Shown: piece by piece, positions 8,546 to 18,475 of the stretch
Layout of the letters: every line of letters starts with the position of its first letter
How positions within the stretch are numbered: position 1 is the first letter of the stretch
DNA from: a bacterium
Lineage (GTDB): Bacteria; Electryoneota; Electryoneia; Electryoneales; Electryoneaceae
Length of the DNA: 64,000 bases
Reading direction: 5' to 3'
Assembly (NCBI GenBank): GCA_963669175.1
Contig: OY769902.1
Location: 1,600,001 to 1,664,000, forward strand
Notes under the pieces: generated by a model
Databases searched by the model: none
Told to the model about the DNA's origin: nothing
The model's input: only the letters and a program-made list of their open reading frames with translations
Position numbers and translations under genes: made by a program

Positions 8546-10573
8546 ATGTGGAATTCACAACGCACCATCAGAATCACGCTTCTCATTGCTGGCCTGATGT
8601 TACTTGTGGTCAGGATGGGATTCGCCTGTCCACGTCCTTTCCATTTTGCGGACAATCCGGAATTGACAGCCCATCTCAAGCAATATGCCCGCAAAGCAGC
8701 GCAATTTCAGAATAACGAACTGGATGCCGATACAACTCATTCTTATGATGCCCTGGTCATGGATATTACCCTGATGCCCGATCTGGATGCACGAACCTGC
8801 GCAACAGTGGTAGTGACAAGAGCCCGGTTGCTGGAGGATGTGGATACGATCCCGGTTAATCTGGTTGAGTGCACGGTTCATTCTGTCGAAATCAATGATG
8901 ACGATGTGACATACACCTATGAGGATGGAATTATCAGTGTAGCTATTCCGGAATACATCGTTGTCACCGATACTTTTGAAATGTTAATAGACTATACCAG
9001 CCTGATCCGGAATGATGTTTATTTCGGGGGGATTGTATATAGTCCGGAAACGGATAACCTGTTCACTTTCGGGGAGCCATTTGAAACGCGATACTGGCTG
9101 GCCTGTTATGACTATCCCTGTGACAAACTGGATACCACTCGTGTCACGACTATCATGGATGAAGAGTATTACGTGGTTTCCAATGGCGCCTTCCAGGAAC
9201 GCATAGATCTGGATGATGGTACGTTCGGCACGGTGTGGGAAAACACTTATCCGATAGCAACTTACCTCATCAGTATTTCAGCCCATCCTTACGTGCATGT
9301 TGAAAACGGGACGTATGGCGAGAACGATACCCCGGTGAATTTCTGGTTGTTCAGTGAAGATCAGGATATAACCGAATACGAGTTTGGCCGAACCGGTGAG
9401 ATGATCGAACTGCTTGAAGACCTGCTGCAAACTCCCTATCCATTTTCCAAGTATGATCAGGCCATGTCTTCAATCTTTGCCGGTTGGGGGGCGATGGAAC
9501 ACCAGTCGGCGACCACATACGGTTACCGTCTGGCCCAGTATGGCAACCGTAGGTTTGAGGATATTGTCATCCATGAACTGGGGCATCAGTGGTTCGGAGA
9601 TTATGTGTCACCGTTGACCTTCGCCAACATGTGGTTGAACGAGGGCTGGGCGTCCTACACAGAAGCGCTCTGGCATGAATACCTCGACGATGGACAAATG
9701 GCCAGTGTACTGACTGCTTTTCGAACTGCTTATTTCTCAGAAGATTCACAATTCCGCTATGCCATGTATGACCCGCCTATCGATTATATCTTCGGGAATG
9801 TGGTCTATGATAAAGCTGCCCTGGTGCTACATATGCTGCGGAATGTGATCGGTGATGACGCGTTTTGGGAAGGAACACGGACCTACCTGCAGGAATACGC
9901 CTACGGAAACGTGGTAACCGACGAGCTGAAAGAACACATGGAAGCGGCCAGCGGTGAAGATCTCGACTGGTATTTTGACCAATGGGTCTATTCTGCCGGA
10001 CACCCGGAATTCATGGTGGGCAACCTCCAGACTGAAAGCGAAGGGAACGGTACTTTCTCAGCCAGTATTGACGTCGAGCAGTTGCAGACCAATGCGCCCC
10101 TGTTCCGGATGCCGGTCGAAGTACGTTTCCGTCTCGGCGCTACAGATACCCTGGTGACGATAGATGTGCTGGCTGAAGCGGAACAGACTGTGATCACTAC
10201 CGGGCTGGAATTTGAACCGACCACATTTTATTTCGATCCCTACCAGGCTGTTGTCTGCGAGGTTCATTACAACGGAGTGTATGAGGACGGTTGCGAAGCG
10301 TTACCCACGGCATTCACCCTGTCGGAACCCTGGCCGAACCCGTTTAATAACAGTGTGAAGATGGAACTGGGCATTCTCACCCATGACCATGTCCGGGTTA
10401 CGGTGTATGATATGCTGGGGCGTGAAGTGGAGCGTCTGGTCGATCATGAGATGTACCGTGGCACACGCACCCTGGTCTGGATGCCGGATGATCATGTGGC
10501 CAGCGGGAGCTACCTCGTCGTGGCGGAAACAGGTGAAGCGCGCATCTCACGCAGGTTGACGCTGTTGAAATAG
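8546..10573 (+). CDS. Secreted M1-family aminopeptidase with C-terminal T9SS-type/FlgD-like sorting domain
   Basis: GAMEH, HELGHQWFG, WLNEG and VYDK motifs; C-terminal PWPNPFN...VYDMLGREV...ASGSYLV...LTLLK. Confidence 0.9.
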   Translation: MWNSQRTIRITLLIAGLMLLVVRMGFACPRPFHFADNPELTAHLKQYARKAAQFQNNELDADTTHSYDALVMDITLMPDLDARTCATVVVTRARLLEDVDTIPVNLVECTVHSVEINDDDVTYTYEDGIISVAIPEYIVVTDTFEMLIDYTSLIRNDVYFGGIVYSPETDNLFTFGEPFETRYWLACYDYPCDKLDTTRVTTIMDEEYYVVSNGAFQERIDLDDGTFGTVWENTYPIATYLISISAHPYVHVENGTYGENDTPVNFWLFSEDQDITEYEFGRTGEMIELLEDLLQTPYPFSKYDQAMSSIFAGWGAMEHQSATTYGYRLAQYGNRRFEDIVIHELGHQWFGDYVSPLTFANMWLNEGWASYTEALWHEYLDDGQMASVLTAFRTAYFSEDSQFRYAMYDPPIDYIFGNVVYDKAALVLHMLRNVIGDDAFWEGTRTYLQEYAYGNVVTDELKEHMEAASGEDLDWYFDQWVYSAGHPEFMVGNLQTESEGNGTFSASIDVEQLQTNAPLFRMPVEVRFRLGATDTLVTIDVLAEAEQTVITTGLEFEPTTFYFDPYQAVVCEVHYNGVYEDGCEALPTAFTLSEPWPNPFNNSVKMELGILTHDHVRVTVYDMLGREVERLVDHEMYRGTRTLVWMPDDHVASGSYLVVAETGEARISRRLTLLK

Positions 10574-10588
10574 AGAAAATGTTCGGTG

Positions 10589-10870
10589 TTATAATAATCC
10601 ACAATCTTTCAATTGCTGATATACTTCCTTTCGGTCGCTGATCCGAAGAATCAGGATAAAAATTTCCTTTTTCATTACGACATAGGCAATTCGATAATCA
10701 CCGACACGAACTCGATAGGCGTCTTTAGTTCTCGATTTCAGCTTCTTCCCCGCTTTAAAGGGATCTTCAGCAATTTCATTGATTGCCTTCTCAACACGTA
10801 CCTTGGTCGCCTTGTCCAGTGCATCGAACTGCTTCTTCGCCACCCTGTGTATCATTATACGGAAAGCCAT
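10589..10870 (-). CDS. RelE/ParE family type II toxin
   Basis: AKKQFDAL, GKKLK, YRVRVGDYRIAY and RKEVY; start at ATG 10870 or GTG 10879. Confidence 0.9.
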   Translation of the reverse strand: MAFRIMIHRVAKKQFDALDKATKVRVEKAINEIAEDPFKAGKKLKSRTKDAYRVRVGDYRIAYVVMKKEIFILILRISDRKEVYQQLKDCGLL

Positions 10871-10887
10871 AGGGATCACCCCAACGC

Positions 10888-11139
10888 TTATCTATTGTTG
10901 TCTTTCCATGGAATGAGATCGCTGTCCTGAAGATTATCCATCATGGTGTCCACACTCTTCGCATCGATGCGGTCTTCGATTTCTTCCAACAGCTTCAAAT
11001 CCTCGATCGGGATAATCGCAGCAACCGCTTTATTGTGTTTGTTGACAGTAATACGCTCGCCTGTGTACTGCACCCTATTGACAATATCACCGATCTGGTT
11101 CCTCAAGGCTACCAGCCCGACTCCCTCTATCGTAGACAT
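10888..11139 (-). CDS. Phd/YefM family antitoxin
   Basis: LRNQIGDIVNRV...ERITVNKHNKAVAAIIPIED with an acidic C-terminus; directly upstream of the RelE-like gene. Confidence 0.9.
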   Translation of the reverse strand: MSTIEGVGLVALRNQIGDIVNRVQYTGERITVNKHNKAVAAIIPIEDLKLLEEIEDRIDAKSVDTMMDNLQDSDLIPWKDNNR

Positions 11140-11162
11140 ACTACCTCCTGCGCGGTTAGAAA

Positions 11163-11215
11163 TCTGTACATAATATAAAATATGTATAGAATGTACACAA
11201 TTATAACTATGTACT
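11163..11215 (-). promoter_or_regulatory. Probable TA autoregulatory operator/promoter
   Basis: TGTACA at 11165 and 11192, and imperfect palindrome TCTGTACATA...TATGTATAGA, in AT-rich DNA just upstream of the antitoxin; TGTACA is the known YefM-YoeB operator core. Confidence 0.55.
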
Positions 11216-11377
11216 CATAGAGCAGAGATACTTGAACGGGTGCCCCGATCCGCGCGTGATGCGACTTCCACAATCGCTTCAGCAGAAATACTCTCACTTC
11301 ATTTGGGATACAAGTCAACTCTTTAAAGCGCATCGGGACAAGGTTGTGTGTGTATTTGGAAAGAGCTCGAAATTCAG

Positions 11378-11680
11378 CACAGTCCCGACGCACTCATAGT
11401 TGCGTCATGGATCGAAACAGCATCACAGTACCCATCTTGATACTGGAGCGCCAAATTCCTCACGTGTGAGTCGGGCCACCCAGGCTCTTTCAAACCCCCA
11501 CTACAAACTTATAGGACCATCCGTCTGCATGAGTCGGGATAATGTTTTGTGCTGTTGTCAAGAACGTGAAAGTTGTCATAGTCCCGACTCACTCATGTTG
11601 CGTCATGGATCGAAACCGCATCACAGTATCCATCTTGAGACAAAAGCGTCAAATTCCTCACGCGTGAGTCGGGCCACCCA
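11378..11680. repeat. Two ~100-bp direct-repeat units, each bounded by CCCGAC...GTCGGG inverted ends
   Basis: ~11381-11482 and ~11580-11680 share GTCCCGAC.CACTCAT.GTTGCGTCATGGATCGAAAC.GCATCACAGTA.CCATCTTGA...AAATTCCTCACG.GTGAGTCGGGCCACCCA. Confidence 0.8.
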
Positions 11681-11763
11681 TCAAATGTTGACTTTTTCAA
11701 AGAAAAACCACCACTTCCAGCGCAGGAAATCGTGGTTCCAATGACTTCTATCATGAACAACTA

Positions 11764-12438
11764 CTACTGATGGCTTTGTGTCTGCACTTTTGGCTTGATC
11801 CAGGTCAGGAAAGCGTCCGCGCTACGGGTTTGCATCCAGATCCGGCCGGGCCCGTAATAATCACACACCAGCCCTTCACCGCTGAGCAGGGTGGATTTCA
11901 GGCCACCGACCTGGCGCACGTTAAACCGAACACTGGCGTCGAACGCGACAATATGTCCTGTATCGACGACATACTGCTCACCTTCACGAAGTTCGATCTC
12001 GTGAATCGCGCCGAAGCTGGACAGGAACAGGGTGCCGGCGCCGCTCATCTTCAGCAGGAACAGTCCTTCACGGGAGAAGAAGGTCTTCGCGCCGGTGAAT
12101 TTCGTGTCTACGTCAATCGATGATTCACTTGCCAGGAACGCGCCGGACTGGGCGTACATCTCGCCGTTAAGATGCATGGCGTTGATATCGCCGGGAAGAG
12201 GCGGCGCAAAGGTGATTTCGCCGGGTGTCTGGGCGGTAAAGGTGTTGGTGAAAAAGGATTCGCCACCTAGCACACTCTTCTTCAGAGCGCCGAACAGACC
12301 ACCCTTCAGGCCGGTTTCGATGCTGATCCCCGGTGAATGGCTGACCATCGCTCCCGCTTCGGCGATCATGCTTTCGCCCGGGTTCAGATTCACCTTGGCC
12401 AGGGAATAGGATGGACGGTAAAGAATATCGTACTGCAT
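11764..12438 (-). CDS. TIGR00266/AIM24 family protein
   Basis: AEAGAMV, GGESFFTNTF, GEGLV and VVDTGHIVAF; start more likely ATG 12438 (MQYDILYRPSYS) than 12480. Confidence 0.9.
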   Translation of the reverse strand: MQYDILYRPSYSLAKVNLNPGESMIAEAGAMVSHSPGISIETGLKGGLFGALKKSVLGGESFFTNTFTAQTPGEITFAPPLPGDINAMHLNGEMYAQSGAFLASESSIDVDTKFTGAKTFFSREGLFLLKMSGAGTLFLSSFGAIHEIELREGEQYVVDTGHIVAFDASVRFNVRQVGGLKSTLLSGEGLVCDYYGPGRIWMQTRSADAFLTWIKPKVQTQSHQ

Positions 12439-12492
12439 TTTGGCTCCTGTTTTTATGTCGTGTTCGAATGTTTGCTGCAAATTGAAGGAACA

Positions 12493-12776
12493 GAACCGTC
12501 AGGTCACACGCATGAAAACATATGCGCAAGACCTGACGGAACCAGTGGGTCACACGCATGGAAAAGATATGCGCAAGACCTGACGGAACCAGTGGGTCAC
12601 ACGCATGGAAACATATGCGCAAGACCTGACGGAACCAGTGGGTCACACGCATGGAAAGCGTATGCGCAAGACCTGACGGAACCAGTGGGTCACACGCATG
12701 GAAAGCGTATGCGCAAGACCTGACGGAACCAGTGGGTCACACGCATGGAAAGCGTATGCGCAAGACCTGACGGAAC
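12493..12776. repeat. Tandem array of six 46-47-bp units (not CRISPR)
   Basis: Unit GAACCAGTGGGTCACACGCATGGAAA(GCG/CA/AGA)TATGCGCAAGACCTGACG repeated head to tail with no unique spacers. Confidence 0.95.
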
Positions 12777-12831
12777 TGGTTGTGTCGGAATATACACCAC
12801 GAATCAGGGTGTGATCAGACACTCGAATATC

Positions 12832-13575
12832 TTATGAATCGGAACCGTTTTGCTTCTCGGCTTCCACAATGGCCGGATGTTCCTTGCGGGCTTCCTGTCG
12901 TTTGTCCGAATGGATCTGGCCGTCCAGCAGACGCACCACTCGTTTCGAATAGGCGGCAATATCCTCTTCATGGGTGACGAGAACGATGGTGTTTTCGCCC
13001 TCATGCAGTTCGGCGAACAAGTCCATGATTTCGTAACTGGTCCGGCTGTCCAGGTTACCGGTCGGTTCGTCGGCCAGCAGGATATCCGGGTTGTTTACCA
13101 GCGCACGTGCAATCGCGACACGTTGGCGCTGGCCACCGGACAACTCGTTCGGCTTGTGCTTCATTCGTTCCGCCAGGCCAACTTTGCCCAATGCTGCCGC
13201 TGTACGGTCACGTCGCTCAGCGCGTGGCATGCCTGAATAGATCAACGGCAGCTCGACATTATGGAAAGCGTCGGCGCGAGGCAGCAGGTTGAAGGTCTGG
13301 AAAACAAACCCGATCCTGCGGTTACGGATATCGGCCAACTGGTTGTCCTGCATGGTGTCAACACGTTCTCCAGCCAGCTTGTACACTCCGTCGGACGGGG
13401 TGTCCAGGCAGCCGATGATGTTCATGAGGGTTGATTTGCCCGAGCCGGACGGTCCCATGATGGCGACATACTCACTCTGGTCAATCGCCAGGTTAACCCC
13501 GTTGAGGGCGCGAACCTCGATCTCACCGATCTGATAGATCTTGTATAGTTGTTCCAAATCTATGAGGGGTGCCAT
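12832..13575 (-). CDS. ABC transporter ATP-binding protein (MacB/LolD/YknY type)
   Basis: [45 protein letters not shown] and VTHE. Confidence 0.95.
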   Translation of the reverse strand: MAPLIDLEQLYKIYQIGEIEVRALNGVNLAIDQSEYVAIMGPSGSGKSTLMNIIGCLDTPSDGVYKLAGERVDTMQDNQLADIRNRRIGFVFQTFNLLPRADAFHNVELPLIYSGMPRAERRDRTAAALGKVGLAERMKHKPNELSGGQRQRVAIARALVNNPDILLADEPTGNLDSRTSYEIMDLFAELHEGENTIVLVTHEEDIAAYSKRVVRLLDGQIHSDKRQEARKEHPAIVEAEKQNGSDS

Positions 13576-13645
13576 CTTTACTCCGTTTCACACTCTTCCT
13601 GGTTGAACTCAATATAACCAGAATTTCTTATGCAGTTGACCTGGA

Positions 13646-14977
13646 TTATTCAGATGCCTGCTCGGTGACTTCCTGCTTATTTGGCTTGTCAGTCTTTGGC
13701 TTCTTATAGGTAATACGCTGGCCGCTGCTGAGTTCACGTGACAAGGTACGATAGGGGCCGGTGACAACCGTATCGCCCGGTTCCAGTCCGCTCAGGATTT
13801 CAAACATGGTGTCGGAATAGATGCCCAGCTTGACCGGACGCACCCATGCGGAATCATTGTTTACCACGTATACAACTTCCACCAGCTTCTCTTCGTCACG
13901 GCTGCTGCTGGATTCGCTGTCGTCGTCCTTCTTGTCACCGCCCTTGTTTCCCGTACCTTTACGAGCCATGTCTTCCTTGTTCTTCTCTTTCTCGAGGGAA
14001 CGGACAACCACGGCTTCCTGCGGAATGACGACTGTCTCATCACGGCTTTCGGTGGCGATTTCAACCGTCGCGCTCATGCCGGGACGCAAGCTGGGAACAT
14101 GGTCCAGTACAGCGATCTTCACTTCGAAGTTGGTGACTTCTTCGGCTGTTCCGGCGCTGCGGACAATGCCGGAATGTGCGATCTCTGTTACGATACCATC
14201 AAATGCCGTATCGGGAAGTGCGAACACCTCGATACTCACCTGGTCGCCGATTTCTATCAGCACAACGTCGTTTTCGTTGACTTCCGCATTGACTTCCATG
14301 CGGTCCAACTGGGACACAACCATGATGATGTCTTCGGTGAATGTGGCGCCGATAGCCATTTCACCCACTTCCTTGTTCAGGGAGGAGACAACACCACCAA
14401 TGGGCGCATAAATCTGTGTCTTATCCAGGTCGTCCTGGGCCTGGTTGACATTGGCGCGGGCGCGATCCACTTCGGCTTCCGCCTTCTTGACAGTCGCCTG
14501 CATGGCTTCCAGCTCGGCGTCAGAGGCCAGCTTGGAGGCATGAAGCTCAGTGACACGTTTTAATTGGCTCTGGGCTTCTTCCAGTCCGGCTTCGGCGCTG
14601 GCCAGCATGAATTTGTACTGGTCAAGCATGGCAACATACTGCTCATCTTCAATACGAACCAGCAGTTTACCACGTTCTACCGATTCCCCTTCCTTAGCGC
14701 CAAGGTAGAGAATACGACCGGAAACATTTGCGGAAATGTTTACGTCAACTTCAGGCTGGATTTTTCCCGATGCGGTCACAGTCTGCACCAGGCTGTCCAG
14801 CTCGACAATTTCCACATCCACATTGGTGCCCTTGGGTTTGCGTTTTTGCAGCACATTGGCGACAACCAACGCTGCAATCACAACAACTACACCCAGGATG
14901 ATCCATACTTTTTTTCGGCTCTTTTTCTTCTTGGAAAGGACCATAGTAGAGCCACTGCCGTTCTGTTCAGTGGTCAC
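13646..14977 (-). CDS. Efflux periplasmic adaptor (MacA/HlyD family MFP)
   Basis: N-terminal TM, TVTASGKIQP, IYAPIGGVV, LRPGMSATVEI and LSGLEPGDTVVTG. Confidence 0.92.
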   Translation of the reverse strand: MTTEQNGSGSTMVLSKKKKSRKKVWIILGVVVVIAALVVANVLQKRKPKGTNVDVEIVELDSLVQTVTASGKIQPEVDVNISANVSGRILYLGAKEGESVERGKLLVRIEDEQYVAMLDQYKFMLASAEAGLEEAQSQLKRVTELHASKLASDAELEAMQATVKKAEAEVDRARANVNQAQDDLDKTQIYAPIGGVVSSLNKEVGEMAIGATFTEDIIMVVSQLDRMEVNAEVNENDVVLIEIGDQVSIEVFALPDTAFDGIVTEIAHSGIVRSAGTAEEVTNFEVKIAVLDHVPSLRPGMSATVEIATESRDETVVIPQEAVVVRSLEKEKNKEDMARKGTGNKGGDKKDDDSESSSSRDEEKLVEVVYVVNNDSAWVRPVKLGIYSDTMFEILSGLEPGDTVVTGPYRTLSRELSSGQRITYKKPKTDKPNKQEVTEQASE

Positions 14978-16365
14978 GGTTGAACCTCCTCAAGCGAAAC
15001 TCCCAGTGTATTCTCGAGTTCCGCCTTGGTCGTCTGGAATGTTACAACTTTCTGGATATAATCAGTTTCGGCCTGGATGAAGGTCACCTGGCTGCTTCGC
15101 AGGTTGAGCTGCGACGAAGCGCCAAGACGGTAGCGTTCCTGCTCAAGTTCCAGTTGCCGACGTGCCAGTTCACGGTTTCTCTCAAGGACATCAATCTGGT
15201 CACCCAACCGTTCCAGGGTACGCCATTTGGCACGGATGTCCGAAGCGATCTGCAAATGTCTGCTGCGTTCGTTCCACTCTGCGTTGCGACGATTCACCAC
15301 AGCCTGCTGACGGTAAATTTCACGCTGGAAACGGTCGAACAGGTTCCAGCTCAGGTTTACCGACATGTTCATGTAGGTGTCGTTCGGAACCAGTATCCAC
15401 TTGTTGTACGCTTCACCGCTTTCACTACGGGAATATCCGCCATTCAGAGTGACGGTCGGAAAATAGCCGGATGTCTGCATCTTGACATCCTGCTTATAAA
15501 TGCTCACTGTGTTGGCCAGGATTTTATATTCCGGATTGCTGCGTTCCGCATACCGAATCAGCACATCGGGATCTAATGCCGGTAGAGTCGGGGCCAGATT
15601 CTCGTCAATCGGGAAACGGCTGGAAAGGTCAATACCCATGGCAACATTCAGAATCTCACGGGTGTTTTCCAGGTTCTGGTCGGCAAACAGCAAGTCATTT
15701 TTTGCGTTGCCCAGGTCAATCTCTGCCTGCATCACATCCAGCTCAATTACTTCGCCGGTTTCGTGACGTGTCCTTGCATAACGCAGGGTTTCCTCGCGCA
15801 AGTCAACGACTTCCTTCGCCAACTCAAGGTTTTCCTGTGCCGACAGCACGTTGTATACCTGGAGTTTGACATTATAGATGAGCGCATTGCGTGCCTGGGC
15901 TACACTCAAATTGCCGTTTTCCAGTTGCAGCTTGGCCTGTTTCAGGCCATACCAGCGTTGGAAGCCGGTGAAGATCTGCTCGGAAGCGCTCAACCCCACA
16001 TAAGAATCGCTACTCTTGGCAACCAGGGTGCTTGAAGGAATTGAAACACCATTCAAGTAGTAGACACCGCTCTCGCGCTCTGAGCGTGCATTGGAGTATT
16101 GCGCACTGGCGGAAAGGGAAGGAAGAAACGAGCCCCATGCTCCACGCATGGCGTAGTAGTTGAAATCACGTGATTCCAATGCGGTCTGGTAGTCGCCGGC
16201 GTTGTCCAGCGCGATATCCACCAACTCGTCAACTGACATCGGAGTTTCAGATATCACCAGTTGCAGATCGCCGACTACTTGAGCAAATGCAGGCACAACA
16301 CTACTACCGAACAGGATGACTACCGCCAGTCCCAATAGTGAAATCAGCTTGAAACATCGTAACAT
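14974..16365 (-). CDS. TolC family outer membrane efflux protein
   Basis: Signal peptide; two TolC-type repeats (FLPSLSAS / YFPTVTL; RHETGE / ERYRLG); overlaps the MFP start. Confidence 0.9.
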   Translation of the reverse strand: MLRCFKLISLLGLAVVILFGSSVVPAFAQVVGDLQLVISETPMSVDELVDIALDNAGDYQTALESRDFNYYAMRGAWGSFLPSLSASAQYSNARSERESGVYYLNGVSIPSSTLVAKSSDSYVGLSASEQIFTGFQRWYGLKQAKLQLENGNLSVAQARNALIYNVKLQVYNVLSAQENLELAKEVVDLREETLRYARTRHETGEVIELDVMQAEIDLGNAKNDLLFADQNLENTREILNVAMGIDLSSRFPIDENLAPTLPALDPDVLIRYAERSNPEYKILANTVSIYKQDVKMQTSGYFPTVTLNGGYSRSESGEAYNKWILVPNDTYMNMSVNLSWNLFDRFQREIYRQQAVVNRRNAEWNERSRHLQIASDIRAKWRTLERLGDQIDVLERNRELARRQLELEQERYRLGASSQLNLRSSQVTFIQAETDYIQKVVTFQTTKAELENTLGVSLEEVQP

Positions 16366-16451
16366 GGCTGATCCTTCCTTTTCCCTCTGGATTTTACTGC
16401 TTACAAGACCGTCCTCTGGTCTTGCAGGTTACATCTCACCGAGCTTTTCTA

Positions 16452-17273
16452 TCAGAAAATAATTGCCGGCAGGGCAGAAAGTGCTCCAAAGACAATTCCG
16501 CTGCCAACATATAGTATCAGACTCCAGGTAATGCCTTTGCCCCTGGTAGAATTTGTCAGGACAGCCAGCCCTATACCAACGACAATAGCGGCCCAGATCG
16601 CAAACAGGTCAACCTGCTGCGAGATCATAAACGGGATCGATTTCATTGACGGCTCAAGGAACAGACCCAAACCGAACTGAGCGCCGAATATATCGTCTTT
16701 CATCATGATCATGGCGCCCTTGATCAAAGATCCCAGAGTAGTGATAAGCGATGAATAAATAGCCCAGGTCCAGTATTGTTTGAATGATGCTGAACCACCC
16801 ATAAAGACATTGCCGATCAGAAGCAGCAGGGCGGACGTGACAAGGAAGATGATAGGGGCGAAGATCAGAATGCCGACAATTGAAAAAACACGTTGCAGGC
16901 TCGCCGGCATTTTATTCATACCTTCGATCGCTTCCTGTGCCTGTTCCGCAGAAAGTTGTCCTTTGTCCTGCATTTTCATGATACGGTCTGCGCCGGCCTG
17001 CTTCTGCATTGCCTGCTGAGCGTCGAACATCATCATGTTACCGGCTATCATCAAGGCTATGACAATCAGCAAAGGAATCAGCCAACTTGCCTTCTTCTTG
17101 ATCCCGGCCGCTGTCTCTGCCGGGTTCATAAAGACACCCAACAGCATACTCATAAGCGAGGGAGAAGGTTCGTTGAGAACCTGCTCAGGTTCAACTTGTT
17201 CTTGTAAAGCCTGGGTTTCCGGCTGTTCCTGTTCTGGAACGGACTGGTTGGTTTCCGGATGGTTCTGATCCAT
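16452..17273 (-). CDS. Yip1-domain membrane protein (YknW-like)
   Basis: GVFMNPAET...SWLIPL, GGSASFKQ and DLFAIWAAIVVGIGL; several TM helices; first gene of the efflux operon. Confidence 0.85.
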   Translation of the reverse strand: MDQNHPETNQSVPEQEQPETQALQEQVEPEQVLNEPSPSLMSMLLGVFMNPAETAAGIKKKASWLIPLLIVIALMIAGNMMMFDAQQAMQKQAGADRIMKMQDKGQLSAEQAQEAIEGMNKMPASLQRVFSIVGILIFAPIIFLVTSALLLLIGNVFMGGSASFKQYWTWAIYSSLITTLGSLIKGAMIMMKDDIFGAQFGLGLFLEPSMKSIPFMISQQVDLFAIWAAIVVGIGLAVLTNSTRGKGITWSLILYVGSGIVFGALSALPAIIF

Positions 17274-17901
17274 CGAAGTATCCTCCCCTTATGAGTGCGT
17301 CACAACAATGTTGCGGAACCGGGCTCACCCCGTAGCAAGCAAGCAACATGCCGATTTTGAATTCTGCTATCCAGTAGCAGCTAACTGATTAAAATACAGC
17401 AATTCTTGCGAAAATACACTAGCTGTCGCACTGTTGCTGCGTAGCAACACGCTACTCAACATGTTGGGAATTGTCAACAAATGGGAAGGCAGAATGTGAA
17501 ATAGTAGGGGTATCATTGTCTCATGCAGATATGGACTTTGAGCCACAGTCACCAAAGGTGCATTTACGGATTCGTCCCTATTGAATGGCGACAATTTATC
17601 TTAAAGAGGAGACAGTTAGCTGGCCTTTAAAGTTCTGATTAAAGTTATATAAGAATAATAATATAACTATGTGTACACTCTGGGATGTGTTCGCTAAAAC
17701 TGTGATTTCCTTAATATTATTATTACGAAGAACAATCTCGAGGACAAGCAATAGAAAACGAATTTTCAAATACCTATTCAACTTATCAATACCTCTTCAA
17801 TACAAAATAATTATTGTCCCGCTCCTGCTTTTCTGCTATTCTTGTACTCCATGTTTGATATTGTTATATTTATATTGGGGTTGGGAAAAAACGGGAGAAT
17901 C

Positions 17902-18474
17902 ATGCAGGAAAACATATGTTCGCAACCGCTGGATGTTTTTGGCTATCACGGAACATCGCAAGACCATGCAAGTGACATAATGGAGGCAAACGAGTTTAGA
18001 CCAAGTAGAAATGTGGATGACTGGTTGGGACACGGGATATACTTTTTTCAAGACGCACCTACGCGCGCTAGGGAATGGAGTGCGAAAAGAGATGATGAGC
18101 AAGTTGTTGTAATTAAAGCTCGAATTTCACTGGAAGATTGTCTCGATTTCCTTGACATCACTTGGGAACAGGAACTACATTCGCTCGTAAGACGTTTTAA
18201 CAAGCAGCTTGAGAAGGGCACTTACGCAGAAGAACGCAGAAAGCAGATAGCGGGGCGTGAGACTTTTCACCCTTTGGATTGCAGGTTCATGAACTGGCTT
18301 ATTGGAATACTGCTTGAGAGAATTGATGCACCATGTAAATCAATTCGGGCAGCGTTTCAGGAAGGAGATCCCATCTTCGAGGACGCAAAGATATTTGACA
18401 GATCTCATGTGCAAATTAATGTGTTAGATCAAAGTATTATTCGAGATTTGGCTGTTTGCGAGAAGGAGGTGTAA
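17902..18474 (+). CDS. ADP-ribosyltransferase-fold toxin-like protein (CmdT-like, tentative)
   Basis: GYHGTS...FRPS...WLGHGIYFF...AREW...HVQINV; ATG 17902 has a GGGAGA RBS; surrounding DNA is AT-rich. Confidence 0.65.
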   Translation: MQENICSQPLDVFGYHGTSQDHASDIMEANEFRPSRNVDDWLGHGIYFFQDAPTRAREWSAKRDDEQVVVIKARISLEDCLDFLDITWEQELHSLVRRFNKQLEKGTYAEERRKQIAGRETFHPLDCRFMNWLIGILLERIDAPCKSIRAAFQEGDPIFEDAKIFDRSHVQINVLDQSIIRDLAVCEKEV

Positions 18475-18475
18475 A

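Noticed and set aside
12493-12776. CRISPR array
   Set aside because: Units are contiguous and near-identical with only a few variable loop bases; there are no unique spacers and no cas genes in the window.
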